Shown: positions 38,310 to 52,282, counted from the whole stretch's first letter. The stretch is 62,743 nt of DNA, filler included, from Porpidia crustulata (GCA_964255105.1; 6 parts of 6 records of this genome joined end to end with filler, not necessarily neighbours in it); one strand, 5' to 3'. A program made the numbers and translations. Notes: a model not told the origin generated them from the letters alone.

Positions 38310-39999
38310 GCCAGGCTCTTGCCTTGAAGCACTCAAGGAGCGGTGCGATTAACCCACAGTATGAGAGATGCAACGGACAAGAGCTCCCACATCAATATAT
38401 AGTAAGCAGATGCTGCACGTCGACATCTTGACCCAATCGGAACCTCCACACTGGCATTTCCAGGAACCGTGGCCCCACGACCAGTAGTGACTGTCTCGAT
38501 AACTTTTCATGAGTATCCATGCGGCTTACCTCCTCGAGACTCCTCTAGATGATCTATCAATTCCGTGGTCTCAGGATTGCAAGCTAGGTGCTAATGCTTT
38601 CTTGTGCGAATCTCTTCAAAACGACATTATCCCAAGCTGCCAGCAGACGCAGCGATCAGAATCCTTTCAGGATTGATGGCTAGTAGTCAATTTCTTCTTA
38701 GACATCCCTATTCGATTAAGGTAAACAAAATTCAAGTGTAGAAAATCATGTCTACACACAAAGATATGCGCAATTTGGGGCCTTGGGAAGAAGACCATTC
38801 GCTGCTGAAAGGACAAGATTGGACATAATTCACGCCATCGGGTATAGATTAGTACGCCCTTCATCGTCGCAGACATATAGTATAGGTCATTGCGTTCAAT
38901 ACCGCCAGGTGAGATATTGCAACAGACTCGTCTATCCTCACCTGGTCGCTAGCTGTCAGTTCACTCAAAGGACCACCGCTAGAAGGGCTACCATCTGGGG
39001 CATCACTTGGAGGACAACACTATAATTTCTAAACCCTCTTTCAATCACATCAGGTGTTCGCTTTATTTCGATTGGGCGACATGCGACTTTCACGAATTTG
39101 AACTTCGGAAGATTCATTACTTCGTGTCATCCTTCATTCAATGTGGAAGCTATCCTCTATTCCAGCCTTATCCTGACGATGCCACCGCGCTCGAACATGA
39201 TATGAGTTGTTGCTTGCCAGGAATTCAAACGGCCGCGTCTCAATTATTTATAGTGGACCGGCATTAGTTGAGCACATGTCCCTAGTCACACCCGGCGTTC
39301 GTGCTACAAAATGATGCGATAGGGAAGGTGAGCAGGCTAATGTTGTAGTCCGCTAATTTGAGGATTTCCCCTTAATTCGAAGTGAGCATATGCTATCAAA
39401 CACTCCCTATTGCCTGTCCTGTGGCGGAGGAAGGAAGGAAACATTCATCAGTGTGTTACGTAAACGCAAAGGGTAAAATTCGGACAATCTTAGAAAGAGC
39501 ACTTCCATGGTACCATTTGATATACGCAATACCTACTTAAGAGATGGTGCGTTTGCTGCAATCGAAGAAATAAATAGACTCTGCATGCTGTTGAGTTTTG
39601 AAAAAGGCTGGCCTTCATGCCGAGATGGCGGCGTTTGCATTACTTGATGTACACAATAGAATCTTCATGATGCTCATGAACGAATGTGAAGTGTCACATT
39701 CACGATTATCATATGTCACACAATGCCGGTCGGAATGAATGCGACCTGCGACTGTGCGGTGTCCTGAACGACGCGTAATATTTAAGAAATGACTTAAGAG
39801 ATGACGATCAAGGCACCCAACTATTGGTGTAGTGGTCATACAAATAATACTCGCCATGAACACATGTCTACCTTCTTTTGCATACCGCATATTCAATGAG
39901 AGAGCTGAAACCGCGACTCAGTTGCCATCAAAGCCACCAACGCTATGGCCTCATGATGGACTTACTAATCTACAGCCCCACTGTTGCGAATCCTTGCCT

Positions 40000-40874
40000 T
40001 CAGAACGCCTGGATTGAAAAAGGTTTCACATTCGATCCCGAAACTTTCCCCGCGGCTTGCAGAACATTGGTCGCGTTTGTAAGAGATGCCTCATGGAATG
40101 AGGCGTGATCTGCAACACGTATTGCGATCATCAGTTACCTCTACTGAAACAAGCCTCATTGCATTATCATTTGAAGGCCAGGCATGAACACATACCTGTC
40201 GGATGTCCTATGGAGCACGCATACACACTCCACGTGATAGCCGTCTCGTACTGGAAGATGGACTCGCTCTGCAACGTGACCCAGTGGGCGGAGGAGGAGC
40301 CTTTGGCCGTTTTGAATGGGGTGATTAGTTCGAACTTCTCGATGAAAGAGCCGCTCGGATAGGACCCGAATTCTGTCAACTGATTTTTCATAATTTATTA
40401 GATCATAGCTAGTACGAATTGGATGCCTTTACTGAAGGGAAGAAAAATTGCGACCAGGGATGATGTCTCGTGCTGGAAAATGTGAATACGAGGCTTACCT
40501 CTTCTGTAAAATTGTAGGTACCTCCACTGGCACTGCGGGTCGAGCCGGGTTTGTTGTCGGGACCGTGGGTAGCGAAGGGGAGACCGCCTTCCCAGGCGGT
40601 ATTAAAGACTATGAGACAAATGTGAGCTTTCGTCTTCTCTCCCACGAAAACCTTTTCGTAGGTAACAAGTGTTTGTGGTACACCAACAGTCTGAAATCAG
40701 AGCTCTGACATCGGTAGCCGCGGCACCGATGACGGCGAAGGTGACCGACTGTTCATACGAATAGCCGGAGGGACAGCTGCAGGGCGTGGGGGAGGTCGAT
40801 GAGCAGGCTGGTAAGGATGCGAGTGCGGTTGGAGCCAAAAGAGCTGCTTTGATGAGATGGGTTGAGAGCTTCAT
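40000..40874 (-). CDS. Secreted Cys-containing protein, possibly SRPBCC/Bet v1-like fold, 4 exons
   Basis: Signal peptide MKLSTHLIKAALLAPTALA; CSSTSPTPCSCPSG; later exons FNTAWEGGLPFATHGPDNKPGSTRS, LTEFGSYPSGSFIEKFE..ITWSVYAC and DHASFHEASLTNATNVL..PFSIQAF*. Confidence 0.7.
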
Positions 40875-41591
40875 AGTGATTTAGATTGGAGGTTGAAGAT
40901 GGTGCTAGGATAGAATACTAGATGTAAATAAAAGAATTGTGATTGGCAAGGACAGAGGGTGCAGGGTATACTTTATATGAGATGCATTGCGATAGGAATG
41001 CCTTGGATGGCAAGTTCGTGTGGCATAATAGCTAAGTGTGGTTACAGCCAGGCTGGATGTCTGACTAAGACGGAAGGGCAGCGGCAGTATTGCTGAATTC
41101 AGCAGACGTGATGTCAGCCTCACATTCAGTCAGCGAGTGCCATCATCTAGCACCGGCCGAAGATGATGTGGGACTCGGCGGAACATAGGATTGAGGCGGT
41201 CATTGTCATCTTTGGTTCTGCTGTGCACAGTCTTAGCAGCGTGGTACACGGCGGACGAAAGCTGACTGGCTCAATATTCTTTATAAACCCCACGTGTTAT
41301 TCAGGTATCGGAAAGTCACGGTTCCCCCGAAGTAGGATCCGATCTGATTGAACATACATTGAATATAGGAAATGAGATACAGGGTCCATAAAGTGTGATT
41401 CGAGGAGTGGATCTCGAAAGTAAGATGTTTTAACCGAGCTGCTAACAATAGTGTCCGCACTTGACAGCTAGAACACCCTTATTTAGCGTGAGCAAAACCG
41501 ATGCGAAAAACTCAGTAGCGCCGTTCCTTATCTTTTTCACTTAAATTTAATAATAAATATTCAAGAGCTTTAATTATTTAATTAATTTTTT

Positions 41592-41645
41592 AAGGGTCCC
41601 ACTAACCGTACACCCCCTTTGCCTACTCGTACACCCCCCCCAAAT
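41592..41645. repeat. Probable DNA-transposon terminus with internal direct repeat CGTACACCCCC x2, next to an AT-rich tract
   Basis: cgtacaccccc at 41607 and 41628. The partner end is not in the contig. Confidence 0.35.
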
Positions 41646-41815
41646 GAGGTTTAGTGATATCCTAGTACTAGGGTTATAAGCCTTTCACTTATCAAATCGC
41701 TTCTTCGTCATTTGCTTGCGAGTAATCTAATTCGATCAAAAAACACCCATTTCAAAATTGAAGTGTCATTCAAAGGCCCTCCGCCTACCGCCTGGAAGGT
41801 GTGATTGCCTGCCCG

Positions 41816-41915
41816 NNNNNNNNNNNNNNNNNNNNNNNNNNNNNNNNNNNNNNNNNNNNTTAATTAATTAANNNNNNNNNNNNNNNNNNNNNNNNNNNNN
41901 NNNNNNNNNNNNNNN
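41816..41915. other. Artificial contig spacer
   Basis: N44-TTAATTAATTAA-N44. Confidence 0.98.
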
Positions 41916-42157
41916 ACGTCGTTTGCTTGCTTTCCTTCACGGAGGCGGTTATACCCCTATGTCGTCGCGATAGCGTGCTTCGATTGATATTGAATTTCTT
42001 TGCAGTTGCAGTGTAATTAGATGACTCTTGCAAAGCTAGATCTGCAAGCGCTGCCGCAATTGAAGCCATATTGAATTTGTAATTGATTTTTGAAGAAAGA
42101 TGAAAGTAGTAAAGTGGGGTGTGCAGGGGACCGGAACGTGCACGGGCCCGGGAATAC
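41916..42157 (-). mobile_element. Fot1/pogo-like DNA transposon 5' end: TIR plus transposase N-terminal HTH, cut by contig start
   Basis: MASIAAALADLALQESSNYTATAKKFNINRSTLSRRHRG (psq-type HTH). Upstream TIR-like segment with internal direct repeats gtgcaggggaccggaac/gtgcacgggcccggga at ~42121-42153. Confidence 0.8.
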
Positions 42158-43507
42158 TCCTAGGATCGTGAGTTGAAAAGTGAGTTCTCATAGTTGGTTG
42201 AGCTGGATAGGAGGTTAAATAGGTGGGGATGATGAGTGAGGGTCAATGACTTTAGTAGTAGGTAGAATAGATATCAAATTTTTTTTTAAATAATAGCAGT
42301 GCAAGAAGTTAAATATATCCTTCTTTCATCACCCCATTAACTCTCAACTCCAATGGCGACATCCCAACGCCCTTTCCAATCATAACCCATCTCTCAATCC
42401 ACAGCCCACCCATAAAAAACTCCAAATCTCAAACCCTTTACCAGATCTGCACAGAATCACATCATACACCATCACTTCCCCAACAGAAAAAATCCCCATC
42501 CAATCTATCCAATTCGCGTCAAGACAGCTTCTCAGAACTTCGCTCGTTCCATCAATCTCCCGCTCCAATTTTTTCGAAAATACGAAAGGTCTTATATTAG
42601 TGGTGATGCATTTAATACGAAATCTACACAATCAATGATTGTTGGCATTGTGATGTAAACCCAGAAAGCAACTCTCGTCAGGTTATGAAAGTTTTGTAAG
42701 CCTTGTTTACAATTCCACTTCCAATGATTGAGGACTTGAAGACATCTCAGTATAAGAGATGGGTAACATGATGCTGTACTACGTTGACCATACCTACTCG
42801 TTGTTGCGCAATGTTGTCGGAAGTACTGTTCTGTTTCTATGTCCATGGAGGCACACTATCTCGTGTTTACTAACAAGAATGCTGCTATTGGCATGTCTTG
42901 TGATGGTCGGAAACCGTTTCGAAGCAATTGCTGAGCTCCTCTGCTTTCGTACCAACGAAACCCCTTTCTTATTGACATAGCTCCGTTAACGCCGTTTCGA
43001 TGGTTTTCCCAATTCAATCTTCCCGCATTGACATGTCGGATTGGAGAGCTTTGTATGCTGCATACTTGTATTCCTGCTTTGTTGTGGTAAATTCATCGGT
43101 TAGCGGTGGAGATGGGAGATTGTGAAGATGTGGGATCGAGGGAGGTTTTCAATCGTTAGCAGAACGCGACAGTGCACAATGGATGGGGAAGAGATGATCA
43201 GGGGTAGTAGAAGATGGACATGTCACTATGTGAATGGGTCGAGCTGGGGCCATGACAACAAAATTTGGTGGAAGCTTAGGGATGGTAGAATGGTCGTTAA
43301 TTGAAGCAGCTTGAGGCTACAGAAGAGTCCTGCATATCTGGAGGATCGAAAGCTAATGATCAGAATCCACGATTGATTCGGACACGCCGTCCTTGTGTGG
43401 GGTATCGTTGAGCACTATTACAGCTGAATCATTCATAATCATCTGCTTGACAACTTCAGGCATATGCTGCCGCTATATCTGCTAGCTTTTCCTATATCGT
43501 AGCTCTC

Positions 43508-44150
43508 TCACGCGTAACTCGCTCCTCCACTGGGTACTTTGCTCGCGCGTTCTGATAGGAAGACCAAGACCGTAGAGAGGAAAAATCCGACACTTTGGGT
43601 GGAAATGCAGTCAGCATATTGAACGCTGCCTGATGGCACGGAAGAAACTTACATTTCCACAAATGTAAAGGCAATCGCTATATCCCAGCTTATTATCGGT
43701 TGGTCACTGTACCTGATCCGTTTGCTGCCGTGGCCATCGGAACAGGCGTCGAAACCAGCACCACCTTCGCGCTCTTCACAACCACTCTTGTGCCTAAGCA
43801 TCAACGTCGCCGTTGCCACCCATAGAAGTAAGAGAAAGACCTCGCCAGCAAGTCGCGCGATTGTGTGAATCTTGCTGCCGCCTGAGAATGGGTTACTGCG
43901 GTGTTGGATCCAGATAGTGGCGAAGCCTAGGACGAGAGTGAAAATGCATGTAATGACTATGAAAAGGTTAGAAGTGTTTGTTCTTGGCCGATTTCGAGTT
44001 CTCACCTCCTACAGCTAGAGCGCCATTGATATTGCCCCACCAACTTCGATGCACTCCAGCGTAACAGACGAGCACCAATGTCGCGGAAGCAAGACAGATT
44101 TGTAGTAATCGAACAAAGTAGAGAACCTTGGGATTGCTCAAGAAGCTCAT
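43508..44150 (-). CDS. Small four-TM membrane protein, MARVEL-like, 3 exons
   Basis: YFVRLLQICLASATLVLVCY; ITCIFTLVLGFATIW; EVFLLLLWVATATLML; WDIAIAFTFVE|..GFFLSTVLVFLSE..SYA*. Confidence 0.7.
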
Positions 44151-44963
44151 GATGAGAATGTTTGAGAAGTGTCGCTACAATAATGCAAATCTTGGAATGG
44201 TGAGTCCTTATAGACCCCGGAAAATGTTATGTCTGCGAATGAACTTTCGATTGTCGACTGATCAAGCTTGAGGGAAAGGTGTGTATGGTGTCGGGTATGA
44301 AAATAGGAAGGTAAGTGCAAAAGATGTAATTGATATAAACTTGAAGGCTCGAGCTCAGCCTCGAAGGACAGGCCTCAGAGCATTGGCGTGGGTATAATTA
44401 GTTACTTCATGGGCAATGCTGGGCCACTTACTCTATGCATGTGCTTTTCGTTCACACAGCGTCTTAAGCGTCAATTAGGGTCAATTGAGCGACGTTCGCC
44501 TTGTTCTTGCCCTGGTAGTTATGTATTCGTGAGTTCTTTCATTGGGTGAGAATCCCGTAGGATCACAGTGGCCGCCCAAGAAAAACGTCGCAGCACAGCC
44601 CGCACAGCCCTGCAGGATTCTGGTGTTTCAGAACGATCCCGCATTGGCGATTGTGCCAACCACCGACACTTGATTGGTTTTATGACTGCGACTCACTTAT
44701 CCTTGTGATACATAGCTGCGGTAGAGCTGCAGACCGACAATAGTGTAGACATGAGGATGCTGCAGCGATGATGATCGGTGTCGAGTACTGCTTAGTTCTG
44801 TTCGCTAGCGAAGCCGAAAGTTACTTCCATAGTATCCCAGAATCTATAGGGCTGAGTGGAAAGGCTGGGCTATCATTTGCACGTCCCAATTCGGACTCGA
44901 CGTGATGATTACAATAATGCTATCGAATATTTTTAGATATGTAGCTACCCCGTTCTACTGAAT

Positions 44964-47900
44964 CTACACCGCCAAAGTCCGATTCCTTCCAGTCGAAATC
45001 CTCGGTCCTGTTCTCCGCCAAACCTGCCCACCGAGGGGGCTATAATATGGAGCTCTTTCAATCCCTACATGGAGCTTGTGGTCCAACCCTACAAATCTGC
45101 CGTACCCATATAGGTAGTTCTTGAGCTTCAGGGCCGCTTCCTTTTCGTCCGGAGTGGATTTGGGGTCCATGTTCCTTAGATCCTCGATGATCGAACTGGA
45201 GGCAAAATATGCCATTTGAGACGCAATCGACGTGGGGACACGAGGTAGGTATCGACGTGGCCGCCAAGTAAAGACGGCTGTGGTGGTAACGAGCATAAGG
45301 ATTAAAATGATGACCGCCATGATGAACATAAGGTTAGAAACAACCCTCCTGTCAACCGTTACCGGAATGGTGCCTTGCATTGCGCTGGACCCGTTTATTA
45401 CTTGCTTGGAGTCTGCGAGCTTGAACGTCGCATTTTGATTGAGACTTAAAGCAGTGGTGAAGAGCCTTCGAAAGATATCTTCGATTATGGGACTGATCTT
45501 GCTCGGATCTGGAAGGGGTTTGAGAGGATCGGTGATGTCCGAGGAATTAGTCTTGAGCTTTATGAAGTAATTGAGCCAGTCATACGCGGCGGTACCACTA
45601 TGCCAAAATTCTTGGTCGCCAATTGTTCCGTGAAGCAAGGCGATTGTTTCGGTTACAGCTCGTGGTACTGGGCCCTCGTAATAGGCAGAAGTGTCCGTAA
45701 CAAAGGGCCCGTCTTGAGTATAACTCAGGACACAACCACTGAAGTCAACGGAGACTCGGAAAGGAGCTATTTTGAGTCGAGGATAGCACATAAGGAGTAA
45801 TGACTTCTCGTTGCTCATTGATGCCATGAATGAAGGCGCTAGCTGTGTAGCTTGATCTTGGGAGGTCTCTGTGAAATCTGCTCGAAGCCAAGCCACTGCG
45901 AGCTCCTGAGCGCATGTCACAGCTTATTCAGTAATAGTAGCCGTCATTCCGATCACGAGCTCCCCAGCGTAAGGTCCTGGTACTTGTGGAGGATTCAACG
46001 GGAGAAAGGCAGGATTTGCTTCTACTTGGAACCTTAATGTGTCACTACAAGTATCATCACATAATGAGTATCGAGAATAATAGTTGTACTGAGAACCATT
46101 GCTCATTACATGTGTTGTTGTCAAATTTGTCTGTGCGTTAGTGCCCTCACCAACTTTGAGGCTGACATTTCCATGGCCAGATATCTGGCCCGAGCTGAAA
46201 CAAGGTACATCAATTCCGAAACCTTGCATAACACCTGAGCGAGACCCGTCCAAATCTTCTGGAGGATCGCTGACGTCGAAGGATGCAAAATAGTACTCCG
46301 ATGTCGTCCAAGATGGGAAAGAGAGACCTCTTGTGATGCTAGCATCAACAACATAGAAAGGATTGACATAATCCCAATGAGTATTGAGATTGATGAAGTT
46401 TGGGGCAGGGCCGTTATAGCCGATGTTGGGGCCGTTAAGACTTTGCTGGAAGCCTGCATTCTTCAAGAATGGTAATTAGGACTGGATCATTGGGACCTGG
46501 ATGTCCTCAACGAGAGTGACCCGCTCGAATAAGCCACTAAATGCAATAGCGAGCAGACTCGATAGGACAGCCATCAGACAGGTCAAGGATTGAAGGAAGT
46601 GCCGTGAGCGGAGCGCCCGTAAAAAAAGAAGCTGAGGCGGCAGCGAAACAGGTAGCAATCGTAGTTGGTAGGTAATTGAAAAGTAGCTGCTGTGCAGTCT
46701 TATTAGTGGAGGGTGGGATGAACCCTTGGTACCTGTCGCTAAAACTCTTCAAAACCGAGAGCGCCAAAATCAATGCTACCAGGAAAACAATGAAGGGAAT
46801 GCCAAAGCTTAGATGCAGCTGTTCCATGTACGTTTCCCTTGCGGCATGGGTCGCTGTGGGTCCACAAGGATCATTTGACGCATCTCGGGCATCCGTAGTA
46901 GGTTGACTCGGAGCGTTCGAGAGCAGTGATATACATCTCGTAGAGGGTTGATCTCCTTCCTTCAAGATAAACTTGAGTCTGCCGTAGGCATCGTCGAGCT
47001 GAGATGCGCTAGCCGTCTCATGCATTGAGAGGCTTTGCATGAATGACTGGCTTGCCGTTGAGGATGAAAGCGCTATTGAATACGCTAGAGAGTGATGGTC
47101 TGACAGGAGCTTATTGGCACGTCCTGCATTCAATGCCAATACCAAAACCGCGATTCCAGCAACAACACCCAACAGCACTTCGATGACAATGGCAAAAGCC
47201 CTAACCATCACAACAGCATCAACCGTCTCATCCCGTTCGATTGAACAGTTGGTAGTCGCCATATTGTAGGTCATCTACGTCTGGGTAGCCAATGAGAACA
47301 TGAGCTTATAGGCATTCTCGATGACTTTCGCAAAATTGTCCTGCCGAGGGAGCTGCGAGTGTTGTACCCGGGTCAGAGCGAGGCCAATACCGATGACTGT
47401 CGGTACGCTCCCAAAAACTACGTATTCCAAGCCGGCCGTCGAGACCCTGGGAGCCTGATCGATCTCAGTCTCTGCAACCATACCCTCGAATTCGCTATAA
47501 TTAAAGACCTCCAAGTCCAGAGTAGCTTTTACTCCGCTACGAATGACTGACTTGATGGACTGATTCTGTTGAAAGATCGTGACATCGGCTGGCTGGGAAT
47601 AATACGCGGGCTTGCAGAAAGCTCCGAGAAGTCGACCGGTCTCATCATATCCGCTGTTCTGATCGTTTTGCCAAAGTGCGAGAAAAGTAAAAGACGCGCT
47701 TTCTGACTCGCAAGAGGGACCTATTTCTAGAGATTTTAGGATTGGATCCGATGAATCGGCATTGCAATACCCAAGAAAGTGGCCAGTAGAGGAATTGCCA
47801 GTAAAGGCATTGCCTCGAAACCTGCACCTACCTGTAGATTGAATCCTTGCGAGTTGGTGATGTTGTACATCTTAGTAGCACCAGCCGAGGACCTAAATGA

Positions 47901-49150
47901 TGGCACAACATTTGCTGGCTGGCAAAGTATGTCTGTTTCGTGTAGTAGTGTGCTTGTAGTCAAAGTCTCATCCGGGGCGTAAGTTGCGCGATCTGCATTG
48001 TCTACGGTAAAAGGTGCCACTGAGTATTTTGCGGTAGTAGAGGCTGGTAAGCTTTCGTTCAGCCAAGCGACACGATTTACCCTGTTCAGAAAATTGTGCA
48101 ATACACCGTAGGAAGACGGATGTACTGAAGTAACATAGTCTGGTTGGCCCCATGAAATTTTCGTTGTCGCATTGGAGGTAGTGCCTGACGTTAATCCGGT
48201 TGATCGAGTTCCGGACACAGAGTTCGACCTGTTCACCTGCTCAGTGCCGAAAATTGCTGCCTAGACGTACTTGAAGCGTTAGCCCAGATAGCTCTGCATT
48301 GGATTACTGCATGAAGTTTACGTAAGTTTTTCATATCAGATGTAGGAGAACTCAGGTTGAATACATAAGATATGTATCCATATACCTGTAATGGAGTGAT
48401 GGCCCAAAATATCAGCAACATTGCAGATCCCGCAGCGACAACGGACCAGTGCCTACACGATTAGCTCCGGCAAAGCAGACATTGATGATCACTGACCTTC
48501 GTTTCGCAGCCCTTGGTGGTACTAATGGTAAGAACTCCACTGGGTAAGATAGCAAGACTGACTCAGAGCCCAGTGGACCTCCATTCGTTGATAGCTGGAA
48601 GTAGCCCTCAAGACGCTTGACATCTAGATCAATCCAACTCCACGTCATGCTTACGAAAGCAGCAATTATGGTAGGAAGATAGAGATATGTGAAAGTTTGA
48701 CCCAAACTAAGTTTCTGCCCACTTGCTGCAAACATTATGCCTCCTTCCCTTGCATCCTTGTGTGATAGTACCTCCAAAAGCACGAGAAGGCTCACACAGA
48801 GAGCTGCAAGAGAAATGAGTAGTGGTGCTCGAAGAGTGACGGGCAGGTACGCTTTTGAGGCTGTCCAATAATTAGATGTCAGGATCCTGTCTGGGTTGAG
48901 ATATCGTACGTTCTTTCGGCTTCTTGAGGCCATCAATCGTGAGACCCCATCTACCCTTCTCAGAAGGAATTGTGGTAGGCCCTCTTTGGCCTGATTGGTC
49001 CCTAAGCTGTACGGCTCTGGGCTTGGACGCATCAATCGTCGTGTAAGCCACCTCGCTGTCCGGTTTAAAGGAGCTTTTCAGCACACCACTTGTCCGGCTT
49101 GGCAATCGAGAGCTTAGTACAGGATTCCTATCTTTTTCTTGGATGTTCAC
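44964..49150 (-). pseudogene. Large DUF3433-like multi-TM protein; multiple stops and frameshifts; start approximate
   Basis: LYLPTIIAAFVSMTWSWIDLDVKRLEGYFQLS..SVLLSYP; second repeat FNYLPTTIAT..SLPPQL..RALRSRHF; C-terminal LPRVPTSIASQMAYFASS..YGYGRFVGLDHKLHVGIER. In-frame stops at 47275, 46476 and 45924; frame breaks near 46660, 47760 and 48240. Confidence 0.75.
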
Positions 49151-50201
49151 ATTTGTATATCGCGTGCGGTTGAGGGCATTATTGCGTATCCATGCTAAAA
49201 ACTTGTTTGGAAAGGCATGGTGTCCAGAACCCCAAAATCACAACAGATCTGACGGCCTCGTTAATGCCATTCCATGCTGAAAACCCTCAGATACGCGAGA
49301 AAGTACTAGTGACACGACGGAGAATCATATGGGAGCCGCCCAGCGACTTTAAGATTGTCTTTAGAGGCCATGATGCGAACTGTATTTAAAAACATCCCGA
49401 GGGCACAGCATGATCGTTTTGTCCCGTTACACTTCCGAGTTTTAACGGCACAGCATTCCTTACCAGGTTTACGATCCTGCGCTCACTGCCACAGTGTTGA
49501 CTTGCAGACGGATGAAACACTGAAGATTATCAATAGCGCAGGATGTGAGAAGTAAGGCAGGAAACACAAGTCGTGACTCCGCTTTATTCCATGCTTGACG
49601 CCCGATCTACCAGGACTTCCATAACCCTTGGGCCTGGAGTTCGCGCATTTGGCGCCCCATAAAATCGCCTTAGCGGTTGATTTTGGGGCTGTGTGAGATA
49701 GATGGTAGGCATCTTGATCAATGCAGCCCGTTGAATCCAAGCCGTTGGCTACTGAGCCTTGAAAATATCTGACGTTTGCATTGTTCCTACAACAAGTCTA
49801 GACGTGATCGACTATCTCTTTCTCATTTTCATTGGTCTTGTGTCATCTAATCCGCTGTGCTCTAGATGTTGATATCGCAAGCCTGCCGAAATGACATTGT
49901 CTGTCTGCAGGAAGCAGAACAGTTGCTTGATCTCCGAGATTCCTGTCTCCGTAAGTCCCGTAATGGAAGTCGCGACAGTTCACCGGGCCAGATGCAAATA
50001 AAAACATAATTAATACTGAACATGTTTTTCGCTCTGCCTGAGATACATTAATATCTTGAACGTGACTTCATGTTTATTTACATTAGATCCTGAGACGTTG
50101 TGTGACTATCATTGGTACTTGGCACTTTGGCACCTCAAGCATGGAAGCGCAAGCCATTAGATTGGATTATAAATTATTTAGCGGCCATCATCATCAATTC
50201 A

Positions 50202-50290
50202 GGGCATTTGGTCTAGGGGTATGATTTTCGCTTCGCATACATTCGTGCGAGATCTGTGAAAGGTCCAGGGTTCAAATCCCTGAATGTCCA
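50202..50290 (+). tRNA. tRNA-Ala(CGC) with 17-nt intron (50238-50254)
   Basis: Acceptor stem GGGCATT/AATGTCC with the G3:U70 Ala identity pair and discriminator A. Anticodon arm TTCGC-TT-CGC-A[intron]T-GTGAA. T-arm CAGGG-TTCAAAT-CCCTG. T-runs downstream. Confidence 0.92.
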
Positions 50291-50581
50291 TGTCGCTTTT
50301 GTTTTGCCATTTCGTTGCAGCTCACGAGAGTTTGGGCTGCCCAGAATTGTTCTAGATTTATGTTTACCATATTCACTTTAAAACTAAGATTCGTTTTAAC
50401 CACAGCTATTTACGAAAAAGAGCAGGATCGCTTTGGAGGAAGTTTGAGAGCGAGAAAGCATATTTATTACTCATCTAACATCAGATTCTAAAAATCATAT
50501 TCCCATCAAGAATGATGGTCTAGTATTGAACAAGTGGTTTTACCAATACCTCAAGGCTTATTAAGTATAAGAAGCTAGAAG

Positions 50582-51714
50582 TCAAGAGCCTGGAGTAACA
50601 TGCTTGTCCCGGACCATCTGCACAAGCGCGCGATTGAGCCTGCAATCAATGCCCTGCTCAGCGCCACGCTTAACGATGTAACCATTGATATATTCAATCT
50701 CAGTCAGTCTTCCAGCGCGTATATCCTGCAGCATTGAGCTGATGTTCTGCGCAGTCCTCACCGCGGCATCCTCGACAGTCTTTTCAAGCCCTTGGGAAGA
50801 AAATCTCGCCTCAACCGCGGGGTCGATTACTGGTGCCGTAGTCGACGGCGCAATAATAGACCGAAGAACAGACGAGATTTCCGCCAGGAGCCCCCGGATC
50901 TGCGCGCGGATAGGCGGACGGTCGAAGAGCTCTCCGTTGAAGCAATCATATATCACCGTCAGGGGATTTATGACGGCGTTGATCGCGAGCTTTTCAAGCT
51001 GTACCTGGAGTAAGTCGGCCGGCCGGACAACGGAAGCGGATAAGACTGGCGCTGCTGAGAGACAGTGTAGCAGATATTCGGAAGGTCCTACTGCGCTCCA
51101 TGTCCCTGCTGAAGCGTCGTCTGGCCCGTGTAATGGGTGAACTGCTCCAAGAGTGATATTTCCCATGCCAGCATGGACGATTGAAAACGGACCGCTTTTG
51201 TAAACGCCATGGCTGATGATGCCGGCGAGGAAGTGTGGTCGTGCTGACGGGCTGGCGAACAGGGCTTCAGCGACCTCCTCGATGGTGCCTAAGATATTGT
51301 CTTCAATCAGCTTGAATAGATTTGTTTGGGAAGCGTCAGCATAGAGCGGACTGACATACCCATGCCATTCTGTAAAAATAGCATAGTCGACTCATCCCTC
51401 AAGCGGTGTCTGAGTGGTTTTAATGCTGGAATAGTAGCGTACGCCTTAGTAGCCACAATTAGATGTCTGATCAAGCTGCTTTCCTCGCCAGAAGTCTCCT
51501 CGATCTGGAAGCCGCCCCGACGGTCAGACACGCCATTGGTTACCACATCGATGTAATGTCCGGCCTTGTCCCACTGGGAGTATAGCTCAGGGCGATGGAG
51601 CAGCAGTGTGACCTGCGGCGGCGCCGGATGGCTTGAGGCAAGTGCATGCGCGACCAGCTTGCCCAAGTTTCCGAGCCCCAAGATGTGGATTGGTGACTGG
51701 GCGAAGGCTGGCAT
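50582..51714 (-). CDS. 2-dehydropantoate 2-reductase (ketopantoate reductase, PanE/ApbA family), one intron
   Basis: IHILGLGNLG Rossmann motif; LIVATKAY; LFLQNGMG|TIEEV; QLEKLAINAVINPLT; SSMLQDIRAGRLTEIEYING. Confidence 0.92.
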
Positions 51715-52282
51715 AGCGAAGGATCGCTACCGCAGGATGCAAGTTCCCGCTCTTCATGTCCAATTCGATAAAGGCTGAGATTATGCCATTGCAAAGACGC
51801 TGTGGGACGCACGCATCAGACCTCGTAATGTCGTGCGCTTCCTCTTATTCACCCCTCACTTGGTCAAACCCCTCAATCGACCACGCTAAGCTTTAGACTT
51901 AGGTGATAGTCAATTACCTGTCTTCTGGTGTTTTTCATTCATCACATTGTCATGACTATCTCATTATTGAACAGACTCAAACGCAGCCACTTGTCTTGCA
52001 CAGCATCTACGAGATGCTGCAGATCAGTGCTAATTGCTCAAAAATCCATCAGCTGTGAACAATGCCCACGAGTTACACAATATCATGAACGCAGTCAATG
52101 ATATCAGTTTCAGGATTACAGCAATGTAAGCTCTTATTGTATTCTTCAGAGGGTTTGAAACTAATATTTATAGGTAGCGAAGTGAAAATGATGTCAGGGC
52201 CAAATACCCGGTATATCTAGTAGCACATGGACTAAGTCTAACGACTTAGTATTTCGTCTTTTGGGTGGTGCAGTTGGGGGAG

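Noticed and set aside
41592..42157. Transposon-like ends on both sides of the spacer read as a single element
   Set aside because: The two ends differ in sequence and lie on separately assembled contigs.
42350..43000. Possible decayed 2EXR-like gene
   Set aside because: Only a vague VNPES..R resemblance amid many stops.
50202..50290. tRNA with a Pro-like D-arm as a possible identity-switched tRNA
   Set aside because: The CGC anticodon, G3:U70 pair and A73 all agree with Ala.
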